From an uncultured Chloroflexia bacterium (GTDB taxonomy: Bacteria > Chloroflexota > Limnocylindria > Limnocylindrales > CSP1-4), in contig CAVOIR010000007.1 in the NCBI GenBank assembly GCA_963696045.1, forward strand, positions 20,665 through 84,664: a stretch of 64,000 nt of DNA, given 5' to 3'. The notes beneath the pieces were generated by a model, which had not been told where the DNA came from, searched no databases, and was given only the letters and a program-made list of their open reading frames with translations. Shown here piece by piece: positions 18,938-33,472 of this stretch. Made by a program: the position numbers and the translations under genes. The stretch's first letter is position 1. Every line of letters begins with the position of its first letter.

Positions 18938-21070
18938 ATGACCGAACAAGACGAACGCAGCCGAGCCGCGAGACCCCCTGACCCGACGCCGAACCCAGGA
19001 GCGGCAGCGTCCCCGGCGCAGGGGCTGCGCGGCCAGAAGCCGGGCAACCGGCGCATCCGGGTGGAGCGGCCCCAGAGCCAGTACTTCCGCTACACGCCGT
19101 CAGGTGCGCTCGAGGCTCGTCCCAAGGCCCACGAGGAGCGAGGTGCCCTCGGCCGGATCAAGACCACGTCGCGACGGATCCTGTTCGGCCGGCCCCTTGC
19201 CTCCGCCGAGGAGATCGGGGAACGCCTGAGCAAGCCGAAGGCGCTCGCCATCTTCAGCTCGGACGCCATCAGCTCGAGCGCCTACGCCACGGAGGAGATC
19301 CTCCGGGTCCTCATCGTGGCCGGAGCGGCTGCCTTCGTCCTCAGCCTCGAGGTGGCCATCGCCATCGCCATCCTCCTCGCCGTCGTGTCGACGAGCTACC
19401 GCCAGATCGGCATCGCCTACCCCAATGGCGGCGGCGCCTACGCGGTATCCAAGGAGAACCTCGGTTGGCTGCCCGCCCTCGTGGCCGCCGGTGCCCTGCT
19501 CGTGGACTACATCCTGACCGTGGCGGTGTCCATCTCGTCGGCGGTCGCCCAGATCACGTCGGCGCTCCCCGAGCTGCTGCCCTGGACCGTGCCCATGGGC
19601 GTGCTCTTCATCATCCTCATGACGCTCGGCAACCTGCGCGGCATCCGTGAGTCGGGGAACATCTTCGCGGCCCCCACCTACCTCTTCGTGGGCGCGGCGC
19701 TGCTGATGATCGGACTGGGCACCTACCGGGTCCTGTTCGAGGGCGCGGGGGTCGAGGTCATGGACCCTGTGCCCGGAGCCCCGGCGCCTCTCCAGGCGGT
19801 GACCATCCTGCTGCTCCTGCGAGCGTTCGCCAGCGGGTCGGTGGCGCTCACCGGAGTGGAGGCGGTGGCCAACGGGGTGCCCGCCTTCAAGCCGCCCGAA
19901 GCCAGGAACGCAGCCACGACGCTCACGGTCATGGCCGTCCTCCTGGGCACACTCTTCGTGGGCATCACCTTCCTGGCCGACGCATTCGCCATCGTGCCCA
20001 GCGAGGATGTCACGGTCGTGGCCGAGGTCGCCGGCACCGTCTTCGGCGGGGGATCGCTGGGCTTCTACCTGTTCCAGACCTTCACGGCCCTCATCCTCAT
20101 CCTCGCCGCCAACACGTCATTCAACGCCTTCCCGCGGCTGGCCGCCATCCTGGCCGAGGACTACTACTTTCCGCGGCGCTTCGCCTATCGCGGTGACCGA
20201 CTGGCCTATACGACCGGCATCATCGTCCTGTCCACGGTCGCGGCCATCCTGCTCGTCGCCTTCCGCGGTGACACCCACGCCCTCATCCCGCTCTATTCCG
20301 TGGGCGTGTTCCTGGCCTTCACCCTGAGCCAGAGCGGCATGGTCCGCCACTGGCTCCACGACCGCATCTCGGGCTGGCGCTGGCGGCTCAGCATCAACGG
20401 CGTGGGAGCCACCCTGACCGGCGTCGTCCTGGTGGTCGTGCTCTTCAGCAAGGCGCCCGAATCGCTCCTCGTCGCGATCATCATCCCCGTCATGGTCGCG
20501 CTCATGTGGTTCATCCGCCACGAGTACGACACCGCGGCGAAGGAGCTGTACATCGATCCGACGCGGGTCTTCGGCAAGTCCGAGAAGCGCACCCGCGTCA
20601 TCGTCCCCATCCCCAACATCTCGCGTTCGGTCATCCGCTCCGTCCAGTTCGGGCGGGCCCTCTCCGACGATGTGCGCGCCGTGCACATCACCATCGACTC
20701 GGAGTCGGCGGAGCAGCTGCGCCGGGATTGGGAGCACATGCTGCCGGGCGTGCCCCTGGTGATCATCGAGACGCCGTATCGGTCCCTGGTGGTGCCGTTC
20801 CTGCACTACCTGGACGTCATGGCGCCGACGCCGCCCGACACCATCACGGTCGTGGTCCTGCCCGAGTACGTGCCGCGCCATTGGTGGGACCGCCTTCTCC
20901 ACAACCAGAAGGCCGAGCGCATCCGCCAGTCTCTCGTGGGCCGCCACAACACGGTCGTGGCCGAGGTCCCCTACGCGGCCGAGCGCGAGAGTCGGACGAA
21001 CGGTCAGGACGGGGGCCCGTCCATCGCCTCGGGATTGAGCTACGCGCTCGTGACCATGAGGCGGTGGTAG
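18938..21070 (+). CDS. APC-superfamily permease with a C-terminal cytoplasmic domain (the type linked to trkA genes in actinobacteria)
   Basis: ATG 18938 within ORF 18770..21070. SKPKALAIFSSDAISSSAYATEEIL, YPNGGGAYAVSKENLG, 12 or more TM segments, and a C-terminal VIVPIPNISRSVIRSVQFGRAL...VVVLPEYVPRHWWDRLLHNQ. The 2.1-kb frame is intact. Confidence 0.8.
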   Translation: MTEQDERSRAARPPDPTPNPGAAASPAQGLRGQKPGNRRIRVERPQSQYFRYTPSGALEARPKAHEERGALGRIKTTSRRILFGRPLASAEEIGERLSKPKALAIFSSDAISSSAYATEEILRVLIVAGAAAFVLSLEVAIAIAILLAVVSTSYRQIGIAYPNGGGAYAVSKENLGWLPALVAAGALLVDYILTVAVSISSAVAQITSALPELLPWTVPMGVLFIILMTLGNLRGIRESGNIFAAPTYLFVGAALLMIGLGTYRVLFEGAGVEVMDPVPGAPAPLQAVTILLLLRAFASGSVALTGVEAVANGVPAFKPPEARNAATTLTVMAVLLGTLFVGITFLADAFAIVPSEDVTVVAEVAGTVFGGGSLGFYLFQTFTALILILAANTSFNAFPRLAAILAEDYYFPRRFAYRGDRLAYTTGIIVLSTVAAILLVAFRGDTHALIPLYSVGVFLAFTLSQSGMVRHWLHDRISGWRWRLSINGVGATLTGVVLVVVLFSKAPESLLVAIIIPVMVALMWFIRHEYDTAAKELYIDPTRVFGKSEKRTRVIVPIPNISRSVIRSVQFGRALSDDVRAVHITIDSESAEQLRRDWEHMLPGVPLVIIETPYRSLVVPFLHYLDVMAPTPPDTITVVVLPEYVPRHWWDRLLHNQKAERIRQSLVGRHNTVVAEVPYAAERESRTNGQDGGPSIASGLSYALVTMRRW

Positions 21071-21080
21071 GCTTGCCGTC

Positions 21081-21566
21081 GTGCCCGCCGGACCGACCAG
21101 CCAGCCCCTCAGACGCGCCGTCCTGAGCCTGAGCGGCGGTCCCGTCGACCTCCTCGTCATCGACTTCGGGTGCAAGCTCGCGCGCGCCGATCGCACGCGA
21201 TTGACGGCCATCTACGTGGTCGAAGTCGATTGGCGCCATGGACTCGACGACGAGCTCGGGGCCGAGCGGGAGAAGGCCTCGCGCACCCTCGACGTGGCCG
21301 AGGGTGTCGCCGAGCGGGAGAAGGTCGTCCTCGAGACCCAGCTCCTGCAGGCTCGCGACGTCGGCGCCGCGCTCGTGGACGAAGCGGTGGCCCTGGAGGC
21401 CGACGCCATCGTCCTGGGCCTGCCCTACCGGGTCCGCTTCGGAGGCGACTTCGCCATCGGGGAGGTCATCCCCTACGTCTTCAAGAACGCGCCCTGCCGC
21501 GTCCTCGTCATCCGCGAGCCCGTCGCGGACAGCGAGGCACGCGACGGCGACACCAAGAGGTCCTGA
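21081..21566 (+). CDS. universal stress protein (UspA family)
   Basis: GTG start. TAIYVVEV...ARDVGAALVDEAVALEADAIVLGLPYR...GEVIPYVFKNAPCRVLVIRE. Confidence 0.7.
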   Translation: MPAGPTSQPLRRAVLSLSGGPVDLLVIDFGCKLARADRTRLTAIYVVEVDWRHGLDDELGAEREKASRTLDVAEGVAEREKVVLETQLLQARDVGAALVDEAVALEADAIVLGLPYRVRFGGDFAIGEVIPYVFKNAPCRVLVIREPVADSEARDGDTKRS

Positions 21567-21569
21567 TCG

Positions 21570-22094
21570 ATGCGCACCATCATCGTCGGCTGCGGGCGCG
21601 TGGGCGCCGGGCTGGCCGGCCAGCTCGCCAGGGACGGCCACGAGGTCATCATCCTGGACCAGACGACCGAGGCCTTCCGTCGCCTCGAGCCCGGGTTCCC
21701 GGGCCAGGCCCTGCGCGGCGACGGCACCGATGAGAGCGTGCTGCGCCGGGCCGGCGCCGACGGGGCCGACTGGTTCCTGGCCCTCACCAACGGCGACAAC
21801 CGCAACATCCTGGCCGCGCAGCTGGCCTCCGAGACGTTCGGCATCCCCAATGTCGTGTGCAAGATCAACGATCCCGTGCGTGCGCAGGCCTACGCCACGC
21901 TCGGGGTGAACACCGCGGACCGCACGATGATGCTGATCGATTCCATCGGCCGGTTCATGGGTCGTCCCGCCATCACCGGCGCGACGGACGTCACGCGGGC
22001 GACATCGCGACCGGTCGCCCAGCCGGTGCCGCCGCCGCCCCCGGGGCAGCTGCCGGCGCTGGGCGCGGGCGGACAAGGGCTGGAGGGACGCTGA
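21570..22094 (+). CDS. trkA: TrkA-N (RCK, NAD-binding) potassium-transport regulatory protein
   Basis: MRTIIVGCGRVGAGLAGQLARDGHEVIILD (GxGxxG), ALTNGDNRNILAAQLA; Pro-rich tail. Confidence 0.75.
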   Translation: MRTIIVGCGRVGAGLAGQLARDGHEVIILDQTTEAFRRLEPGFPGQALRGDGTDESVLRRAGADGADWFLALTNGDNRNILAAQLASETFGIPNVVCKINDPVRAQAYATLGVNTADRTMMLIDSIGRFMGRPAITGATDVTRATSRPVAQPVPPPPPGQLPALGAGGQGLEGR

Positions 22095-22095
22095 C

Positions 22096-22773
22096 GTGTT
22101 CGTGATCGTGGTCGGGGGCGGACGCATCGGCTTCTACCTCACCAAGGAGCTCCTGGCCGAGGGCCACGAGCTGGTGCTCATGGAGAAGGACCCCCGCAGC
22201 GCCGAGCGCATCCGCGACGAGCTCGGCGCGGTGGTCATCAACCGCGACGGCTGCGAGGGCACGCACCTCGCCGAGGCCGGCGCCAACCGCGCCAGCATCG
22301 TGGCCGCCGTCACCGGCGACGACGCCGACAACCTCGTCGTCTGCCAGATGGCCAAGCATCACTTCGACGTGCCGCGCACCATCGCCCGTGTCAACAACCC
22401 ACGCAACGAGGAGCTCTTTCGGGAGCTCGGCGTCGACGAGATCATCAGCCCCACGCGGATGGTGCTGGCGGCCATCGAGCAGGACATCCCCGTCCACGAG
22501 CTGCTCCACCTGGCCCAGCTCGAGGGCGGCGAGCTGGAGCTCATCGAGGCCCAGATCGCCGAGGACTCGCCGGCCCTCGGGCGCCGACCCTCCGACATCG
22601 ACCTGCCCGAGGGTTGCGCCCTGTTCGTGCTCATCCGAGACGACCGGGCGCAGCCCGTGCGACCGGACACCGTCTTCCAGGCGGGCGACAAGGTCCTCGC
22701 CGTCTCACGGACAGAGTGCGAGGCGGACCTCCATCGCCAGCTCATCGGCGCGGCCCCCCAAGGCGGGCTCTGA
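22096..22773 (+). CDS. trkA: TrkA (RCK N plus C domains) potassium-transport regulatory protein
   Basis: GTG start. VIVVGGGRIGFYLTKELLAEGHELVLMEKD, VTGDDADNLVVCQMAK, and the C domain LELIEAQIAEDSPALGRRPSDIDLPEGCALFVLIRD. Confidence 0.8.
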   Translation: MFVIVVGGGRIGFYLTKELLAEGHELVLMEKDPRSAERIRDELGAVVINRDGCEGTHLAEAGANRASIVAAVTGDDADNLVVCQMAKHHFDVPRTIARVNNPRNEELFRELGVDEIISPTRMVLAAIEQDIPVHELLHLAQLEGGELELIEAQIAEDSPALGRRPSDIDLPEGCALFVLIRDDRAQPVRPDTVFQAGDKVLAVSRTECEADLHRQLIGAAPQGGL

Positions 22774-22829
22774 TCGCCGTGGCAGCGGCTCGGATGTCAG
22801 CTATCTGGAACATCTCCGGGTCATAAGAC

Positions 22830-22859
22830 TTGACAATGGTATTGTCATGTCCCTATCAT
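22830..22859 (+). promoter_or_regulatory. heat-shock operon promoter (TTGACA - 18 nt - TATCAT) with an embedded perfect palindrome TGACAAT-ggt-ATTGTCA (candidate HspR operator)
   Basis: TTGACA at 22830..22835, palindrome at 22831..22847, TATCAT at 22854..22859, in an AT-rich island 85 nt upstream of hsp20. The outer bases CTTGA...TCA.G and the 7-N7-7 spacing resemble the HAIR consensus CTTGAGT-N7-ACTCAAG. Confidence 0.55.
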
Positions 22860-22942
22860 CGGCCGCGTACAAGGGCTGGCCCCTCGGGCGGCTCTAGGAC
22901 GGGTCCGCAGCGGGCCCGGAGATCGTGATCGGAGGACATGAC

Positions 22943-23455
22943 ATGACCATCATCCGCAGGACCGCGCCCCGGACCGAGATGTTCCGCAGCGCCATCGACC
23001 GCGTCTTCGACGATGCCCTGTTCCGCCCGCTGGGTTGGGGCAACTTCGCCGAGTCGCGACTGCCGCTGGACATCACCTCGACCGAGGACGCCATCACCGT
23101 CGAGGCGGCGCTCCCGGGCGTGCACCCCGAGGACGTCGAGATCACCGTCCACCAGGACACCCTCACCATCAGCGTCAAGGAGCAGGCGGAGCAGGAGAGC
23201 CGTGAAGGCGAGCGCGTGTACCGCGAGGTGCGCCGCAGCTTCGGCAGCCGGACCCTGACCCTGCCCAGCGGCCTCGACCTCGACAGGGCCGCGGCTGCCT
23301 TCGAGAACGGCATGCTGCGCCTGGACATCCCTCGCGCCGAGCAGGCCAAGCCACGCCAGATCCCCGTGACCGCGGTCACGGAGTCCGCTTCCCGGGCCGG
23401 CACGGAGCCGGCAGCCGTCGGGGCGGGCACCGCGCCGGCGACCGAGCAGGCCTAA
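22943..23455 (+). CDS. small heat-shock protein (Hsp20/alpha-crystallin)
   Basis: GGAGGA at 22931, then ATG 22943. LPLDITSTEDAITVEAALPGVHPEDVEITVHQDTLTISVKE...FGSRTLTLPSGLDLDRAAAAFENGMLRLDIP. Confidence 0.85.
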   Translation: MTIIRRTAPRTEMFRSAIDRVFDDALFRPLGWGNFAESRLPLDITSTEDAITVEAALPGVHPEDVEITVHQDTLTISVKEQAEQESREGERVYREVRRSFGSRTLTLPSGLDLDRAAAAFENGMLRLDIPRAEQAKPRQIPVTAVTESASRAGTEPAAVGAGTAPATEQA

Positions 23456-23462
23456 GACCCCG

Positions 23463-23852
23463 GTGCGCGAGCGACCCGGGACACGACAACGGCCGGCCGG
23501 CCGCGATGCCAGCCGGCCGGTCTACATCATCAGCGTCGCCGCAGAGCTGGTGAGCGTCCACCCCCGAACGCTGCGCATCTATGAGGGTGAGGGCTTGGTC
23601 TGCCCGGCGCGCACCCCCACCAACATCCGGCTCTACTCGGAGAATGACATCCGGCGGGTCCTCTGGATCCGCCACCTCACCCAGAACCTGGGCGTGAACC
23701 TGGCCGGGGTCCGCGTCCTCTTCGAGCTCGAGGAGCGCCTCGGGATGCGCGTCCTCGAACAGCTCTACAGCGAACCCGGAGCCGTCCCGCAGGAGGCTGT
23801 CGGGGCCGATGAGCCGACGAGCGGACAGCCCGTCGGCGATCGGCGCATCTGA
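23463..23852 (+). CDS. hspR: MerR-family heat-shock repressor HspR
   Basis: VYIISVAAELVSVHPRTLRIYEGEGLVCPARTPTNIRLYSENDIRRVLWIRHLTQNLGVNLAGVRVLFELE. It sits inside a chaperone/protease operon. Confidence 0.8.
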   Translation: MRERPGTRQRPAGRDASRPVYIISVAAELVSVHPRTLRIYEGEGLVCPARTPTNIRLYSENDIRRVLWIRHLTQNLGVNLAGVRVLFELEERLGMRVLEQLYSEPGAVPQEAVGADEPTSGQPVGDRRI

Positions 23853-23880
23853 AACCCCGAGCCCGAGCCAAGGAGACCTG

Positions 23881-26370
<2,490 letters not shown>

Positions 26371-26387
26371 CGACCCGGTGACGCCGG

Positions 26388-27467
26388 ATGGAGTATCGCG
26401 ACTACTACGCCACGCTGGGCGTCGACAAGGGCGCCAGCAAGGCCGACATCAGGAAGGCCTTCCGCCGCCTTGCCCGCGAGCACCATCCGGACGTCAACAA
26501 GGGCGACAAGGCCGCTGAGCAGCGCTTCAAGGAGGTCAGCGAGGCCAACGAGGTCCTCTCCGATCCCGAGAAGCGCAAGGCGTACGACCAGCTCGGGGCC
26601 GACTGGGCGTCCTACCAGCGGGCTGGAGCCGGCGACCCGTTCGCGTCCGGCTCTCGGGGCGCACCCGGGGGCGTCCGCTTCGAGTTCCACGGCGACCCGC
26701 GCGACGTCTCCGGCTTCAGCGACTTCTTCCGCACGTTCTTCGGCGGCGGTGCGACGACCGCCCGTGGCACCAGCGGAGGGACATACACGACGTACATGGC
26801 GGATGCTGACGGGGCGTCCGAGGCAGCCTTCGACTTCGAGCCCCTGTTCGGGGGCCTGGGCGGCGACTCTGGCGCCGGCCATGCGGCCTCGGGCTTCGGC
26901 ACGGGCAGCGCGCGCGGTACGCGGCGCCAGCCATACCGCGCACCCGCCGACGCCACGGCCGAGACGACGGTGAGCCTGGAGGAGGTCCTCTCGGGCACCG
27001 AGCGCCACCTTGACGTCGGAGGCAAGCGCCTCGCGGTGCGCATCCCACCCGGGGTGACGGACGGGCAGCGTATCCGACTCTCGGGCAAGGCTGAGGGCGG
27101 AGGCCACATCTACATCACCGTCCACGTGGCGCAGCACCCGGCCTTCGACCGCGAAGGCGACAACCTGTCCATGGAGCTGCCCCTCACGCTCGGGGAGGCC
27201 CTCCTGGGCGCGCAGGTGCACATCGACGCCCTGAACGGGAAGAAGCTCCTCCTGACCATCCCGCCGGCCACCCAGAACGGCCGCCTCTTCCGGCTCGCCG
27301 GGCAGGGCCTGCCGCGCTTCGGGGGCGGCAGCAGCGGTGACCTGCGCGTCCGCACCTCGGTCGTCCTGCCGCACGCCCTCGACGATGAGGGCAAGACCCT
27401 GGCCCGCCAGCTCATCGAACATGTCGACCAGCCCGACCCGCGGCGCGATGCTTCCCGCGCCCGCTAG
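26388..27467 (+). CDS. J-domain co-chaperone, type II (CbpA-like; no zinc-finger domain)
   Basis: DYYATLGVDKGASKADIRKAFRRLAREHHPDVNKGD (HPD), a G/F-rich linker, and the C-terminal substrate-binding domains GKRLAVRIPPGVTDGQRIRLSGKAEGG...LTLGEALLGAQVHIDALNGK. No CxxCxGxG repeats. Confidence 0.85.
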   Translation: MEYRDYYATLGVDKGASKADIRKAFRRLAREHHPDVNKGDKAAEQRFKEVSEANEVLSDPEKRKAYDQLGADWASYQRAGAGDPFASGSRGAPGGVRFEFHGDPRDVSGFSDFFRTFFGGGATTARGTSGGTYTTYMADADGASEAAFDFEPLFGGLGGDSGAGHAASGFGTGSARGTRRQPYRAPADATAETTVSLEEVLSGTERHLDVGGKRLAVRIPPGVTDGQRIRLSGKAEGGGHIYITVHVAQHPAFDREGDNLSMELPLTLGEALLGAQVHIDALNGKKLLLTIPPATQNGRLFRLAGQGLPRFGGGSSGDLRVRTSVVLPHALDDEGKTLARQLIEHVDQPDPRRDASRAR

Positions 27468-27479
27468 ACAGGACTCGCC

Positions 27480-30208
<2,729 letters not shown>

Positions 30209-30209
30209 T

Positions 30210-31627
30210 ATGGAAGGATCTGTCAAAGGGGTAGATGGCGGGGCATGGCCGGGGTCAGGTCCTGGCGATGGTGGTCACTCTGATATGCGCGGGTCGGCGA
30301 AGCCGTTGCCGCATGACAGTGAGCCGGTCACCGAGGTGCCTCGGACTAGGGGCGCGAGTCGGGATCGCATAGTTCAGGTCGAGGGTTCTCGATGGCGCTG
30401 TCCCGCTCGGCCATGCCCCGCCACGTCATCGGTCAGGCGGCCCTCGGTGCCACGTGCTGGCCAGCCGCCCAGACGAAGCCGGCCAGCTCGCGGGCCACGG
30501 CGGTGACGGTCTTGTTCACCCCGATACGACCGACGAGGGCACGGTAGCGGTGATGGAGCCGCGCCTGGGCCCGGCGGTCGATGGCCACGATCTCGGGCGG
30601 CACCAGGCGTTGCCGCGCCCGAAGACCGGAGCTGACGTTGGGTCGGTAGCGGGCGTTGTGGGCGGCCTGGCCGAGGACGTGGCGGATGAGCCGGTCGCCG
30701 GTCTTGGTGATCCGACCGCGATGACGGACGGGGCCGCTGGACCACTCGGACGGCACGAGCCCGACGTAGGCCATGAACTGGCGCGCGGTGGCGAAGCGGC
30801 GCAGGTCACCCGCCTCGGCGGCGATGGTCACCGCCGACAGGAAGCCGATGCCCCGGATGGCCTGGAGCGCGGCGAGGAGCTCGGCCTGGGGTCCCTCGCC
30901 CGCCGTCCGCATGAGCGCGCCCTCGAGACGCTTGACCCGCTCGGCCGCGGCTCGGGCGACCGCGCGATAGTCCTCGAACACGACCTCGTCGGCCGCCTGG
31001 GCGAAGACCACCTTGCCCAGCCAGGTCTCGTGGGCCCGGCTCCACGCACGCACGCCCGCTGGTGGGTGGACCGCCCGGCGCAGCAGGAACTTCGAGAGGC
31101 GGTGCCGGGCCCGCAGCTGGTCGGCCTTGGCGTCGTCCCGGGCCCGCACCAGGTCGCGCAGCGCCTCGCCGGCCTCGTCGGGCACCCAGACCGCGACGAG
31201 GTCGCCGCTGCGCAGGAGCCGCGCGAGCTTGGCAGCGTCGCGCTGGTCGGTCTTGATCCGGTCGCCCGGTCGGACGGGGATGAGCGACGGTGCCACCACG
31301 ATGCACGCGATGCCCATCGCGCGTCACCTGGCGATGGAGGGCATAGCCGGTCGGTCCGGCCTCGTAGGCGACGACGAGGCGATCAGCGCCGTCCCCGAGG
31401 CGCTGCAGCAGCCGTCGGACCGCCGACGCGTCGTTGGCGATCTGGCCATGATCCTCCGGCTCGCCGTACTCCCCGGCGACCGCGACGGCGATCGATGCCT
31501 TGTGGACGTCCAGACCGACGAACCGGGTACGCTCAGACATGGACCGGCCTCCCGTATGTGGCTCTGTGCGGGCAAGCTCAGGCTACCCGCGCAATCCACG
31601 ATGTTGCGCGAGTGCCGGTCCTTCCAT
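30210..31627 (-). mobile_element. IS110-family insertion sequence (1418 bp) bounded by 11-bp imperfect inverted repeats
   Basis: ATGGAAGGATC at 30210..30220; the complement of 31617..31627 reads ATGGAAGGACC (10/11). A DEDD transposase gene lies inside. It sits 1 nt after the clpB TGA and 11 nt before the next gene's GTG, and GC drops at the left end. Confidence 0.75.
30433..31540 (-). CDS. IS110-family (DEDD) transposase/recombinase; one frame shift near 31320
   Basis: N-terminus in ORF 30806..31540(-): MSERTRFVGLDVHKASIAVAV...LVVAYEAGPTGYAL. The rest is in ORF 30433..31317(-): VAPSLIPVRPGDRIKTDQRDAAKLARLL...LQAIRGIGFLSAVTIAAEAGDLRRFATARQFMAYVGLVPSEWSSGP...ITKTGDRLIRHVLGQAA. Confidence 0.88.
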
Positions 31628-31638
31628 GTTGACTAGGC

Positions 31639-32814
31639 GTGGTCCCCAGGGTCGGTGATGGCATCCCGGAAAGCCAGGCGGCGCTCGATCCTCGCTGGAC
31701 TGACAGCCAGCCCGCGCTGGTGGCAGCCATCCGCGGCGAGATCCTGGCCAGCCCGAAGCAGCGCATCACGTTCGCGCGCTTCATGGAACGCGCGCTGACC
31801 GAGCCCGGTCTGGGCTATTACGCGACGAGCGAGCTGCGACCCACCCGGGAGGGCGACTTCCTCACGGCGCCCGAGCTGCACCCCTTCTTCGGGCGCTGTC
31901 TCGGCCGCTTCCTGACCGCGGTCTGGCGGGCCGCCGGGGCACCGGAGCGCTACCTGGTCCGCGAGCACGGCGCGGGGCGGGGCACGCTGCGCGACACTGT
32001 CATGGCCGGCCTGGCGGCGGATGCGTCGGGCCTGTCCGGGGCCATCGAGTGGCATTCGCTCGACCTGCCCGGGCACGGCGGCGGAGCCGAGGAAGCCGCG
32101 CACGTCATCCTCGCCAACGAGTTCCTCGATGCCCTGCCCGTCCACCGGCTCGTCCAGGCGGGAGTCCTCCGCGAGGCCTACGTCGAGTGGCGGGACGGGT
32201 GGTTCGGCGAGACGCTCGATGACCCGTCGAGCGCCGACCTCGCCGGTCACCTGGCCGCCGACGGAGTCGTGCTGCGCGAGGGCCAGCGGGCCGATGTCTG
32301 CCTGGCCGCGCCTCGCTGGCTGGTCGCGGCTGGGTCGTCCCTCGCTCCCGGCGGACTCGTCCTCGTCATCGACTACGGCCACGAGGCGACCGAGCTGTAC
32401 GGACCCAGGCGGCTGGCCGGGTCGCTGCTGACGTATCGGGAGCATCGCGTCGCCGAGGACCCCTTCACGGCCGTGGGCCACACCGACCTCACGAGCCACG
32501 TCGACGTCACCGCCCTGCAGCGCGCGGCGCGGTCCGCCGGCCTGAAGGCCCTCGGAGACACGTCCCAGGGCCGCTTCCTGGCCGACCTCGGCCTGGGCCA
32601 GCTCCTCTCGGACCTCGGCCGTGACCCGGGGACCGAGCCGGAGGCCTATCTCCTTGCCCGCAGCGCCGTGGCGCGCCTGCTTGACCCGCGTCACCTGGGC
32701 GCCTTCCGCGTCCTCCTCTGGGGCCGACCGCGAGCCGAGGACGCAGCGGCGGAGGTCCCGGGTCTCGAGGCCACGCTCCCGGGTTTCGAGGCCGGGCCCG
32801 CGGCGAGGTCGTAG
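31639..32814 (+). CDS. SAM-dependent methyltransferase, DUF185 / MidA (NDUFAF7-like) family
   Basis: ITFARFMERALTEPGLGYYA...GDFLTAPELHPFFGRCLGRFL...LVREHGAGRGTLRDTV...VILANEFLDALPVHRL...LVIDYGHEATELYGP...GHTDLTSHVDVTAL. Confidence 0.8.
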   Translation: MVPRVGDGIPESQAALDPRWTDSQPALVAAIRGEILASPKQRITFARFMERALTEPGLGYYATSELRPTREGDFLTAPELHPFFGRCLGRFLTAVWRAAGAPERYLVREHGAGRGTLRDTVMAGLAADASGLSGAIEWHSLDLPGHGGGAEEAAHVILANEFLDALPVHRLVQAGVLREAYVEWRDGWFGETLDDPSSADLAGHLAADGVVLREGQRADVCLAAPRWLVAAGSSLAPGGLVLVIDYGHEATELYGPRRLAGSLLTYREHRVAEDPFTAVGHTDLTSHVDVTALQRAARSAGLKALGDTSQGRFLADLGLGQLLSDLGRDPGTEPEAYLLARSAVARLLDPRHLGAFRVLLWGRPRAEDAAAEVPGLEATLPGFEAGPAARS

Positions 32815-32823
32815 GCTCTGCTG

Positions 32824-33465
32824 ATGCGCTTCGACACCGCGCTCGAGCGCCTGGGCCGGCTGCCCGACCCCCTGCCTCCGCCGCGCACTGACATCGAGGC
32901 CCGTGTCCTGACCGAGGGCCCGCTGCCCGAGGCGCTCCGACGCGTACCTTCTGGCCCGGCGCGTGAGGCGGCGGCCCTCGTGCTGCTCTACCCGGACGCC
33001 CGGGGCGAGGCCTGCACCGTGCTGACGGTGCGTCCCGACGGAGGGCACATCCACGCCGGCCAGGTGGCACTGCCGGGCGGGAAGCGGGAGCCCGGCGACG
33101 AGTTCCCGGCCGGGACCGCGTTGCGTGAGGCCGCCGAGGAGGTCGGCCTTGACGCGGCCGCGGCAGGCGTCTCCGTGGTCGGAACGCTCGACCCGGTGGA
33201 TGTGCGGGTGTCAGGCTTCCTGCTCGTGCCGGTGCTCGCGGTGGCGGATCGCGAACCGGACCTCGTGCCGCACGATGCCGAGGTGGCGACGATCCTGCGC
33301 GTGCCCGTCCTCTGGTTCCTGCCCGACGCCCCGGTCGAGCTGGTCGAAGAGGATCGAGGCGGGTGGCGGCTCCGCTACGGCGCCTTTCCCGTGGCCGGCT
33401 ACCGAGTCTGGGGTGCGACCGGCCGTGTGCTCGCGCAGCTCGGCGCTGTCCTGGCGCTCCCCTGA
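32824..33465 (+). CDS. Nudix hydrolase (CoA pyrophosphatase-like)
   Basis: Nudix box GGKREPGDEFPAGTALREAAEEVGL, preceded by AAALVLLYPD...VLTVRP. Confidence 0.8.
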   Translation: MRFDTALERLGRLPDPLPPPRTDIEARVLTEGPLPEALRRVPSGPAREAAALVLLYPDARGEACTVLTVRPDGGHIHAGQVALPGGKREPGDEFPAGTALREAAEEVGLDAAAAGVSVVGTLDPVDVRVSGFLLVPVLAVADREPDLVPHDAEVATILRVPVLWFLPDAPVELVEEDRGGWRLRYGAFPVAGYRVWGATGRVLAQLGAVLALP

Positions 33466-33472
33466 GCGGCCG

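Noticed and set aside
30210-30506. A 98-aa plus-strand ORF starting at the left end of the IS.
   Set aside because: It has no RBS and low-complexity Gly/Arg/Pro content, and it overlaps the 3' end of the transposase gene. The region is more plausibly non-coding IS-end or RNA.
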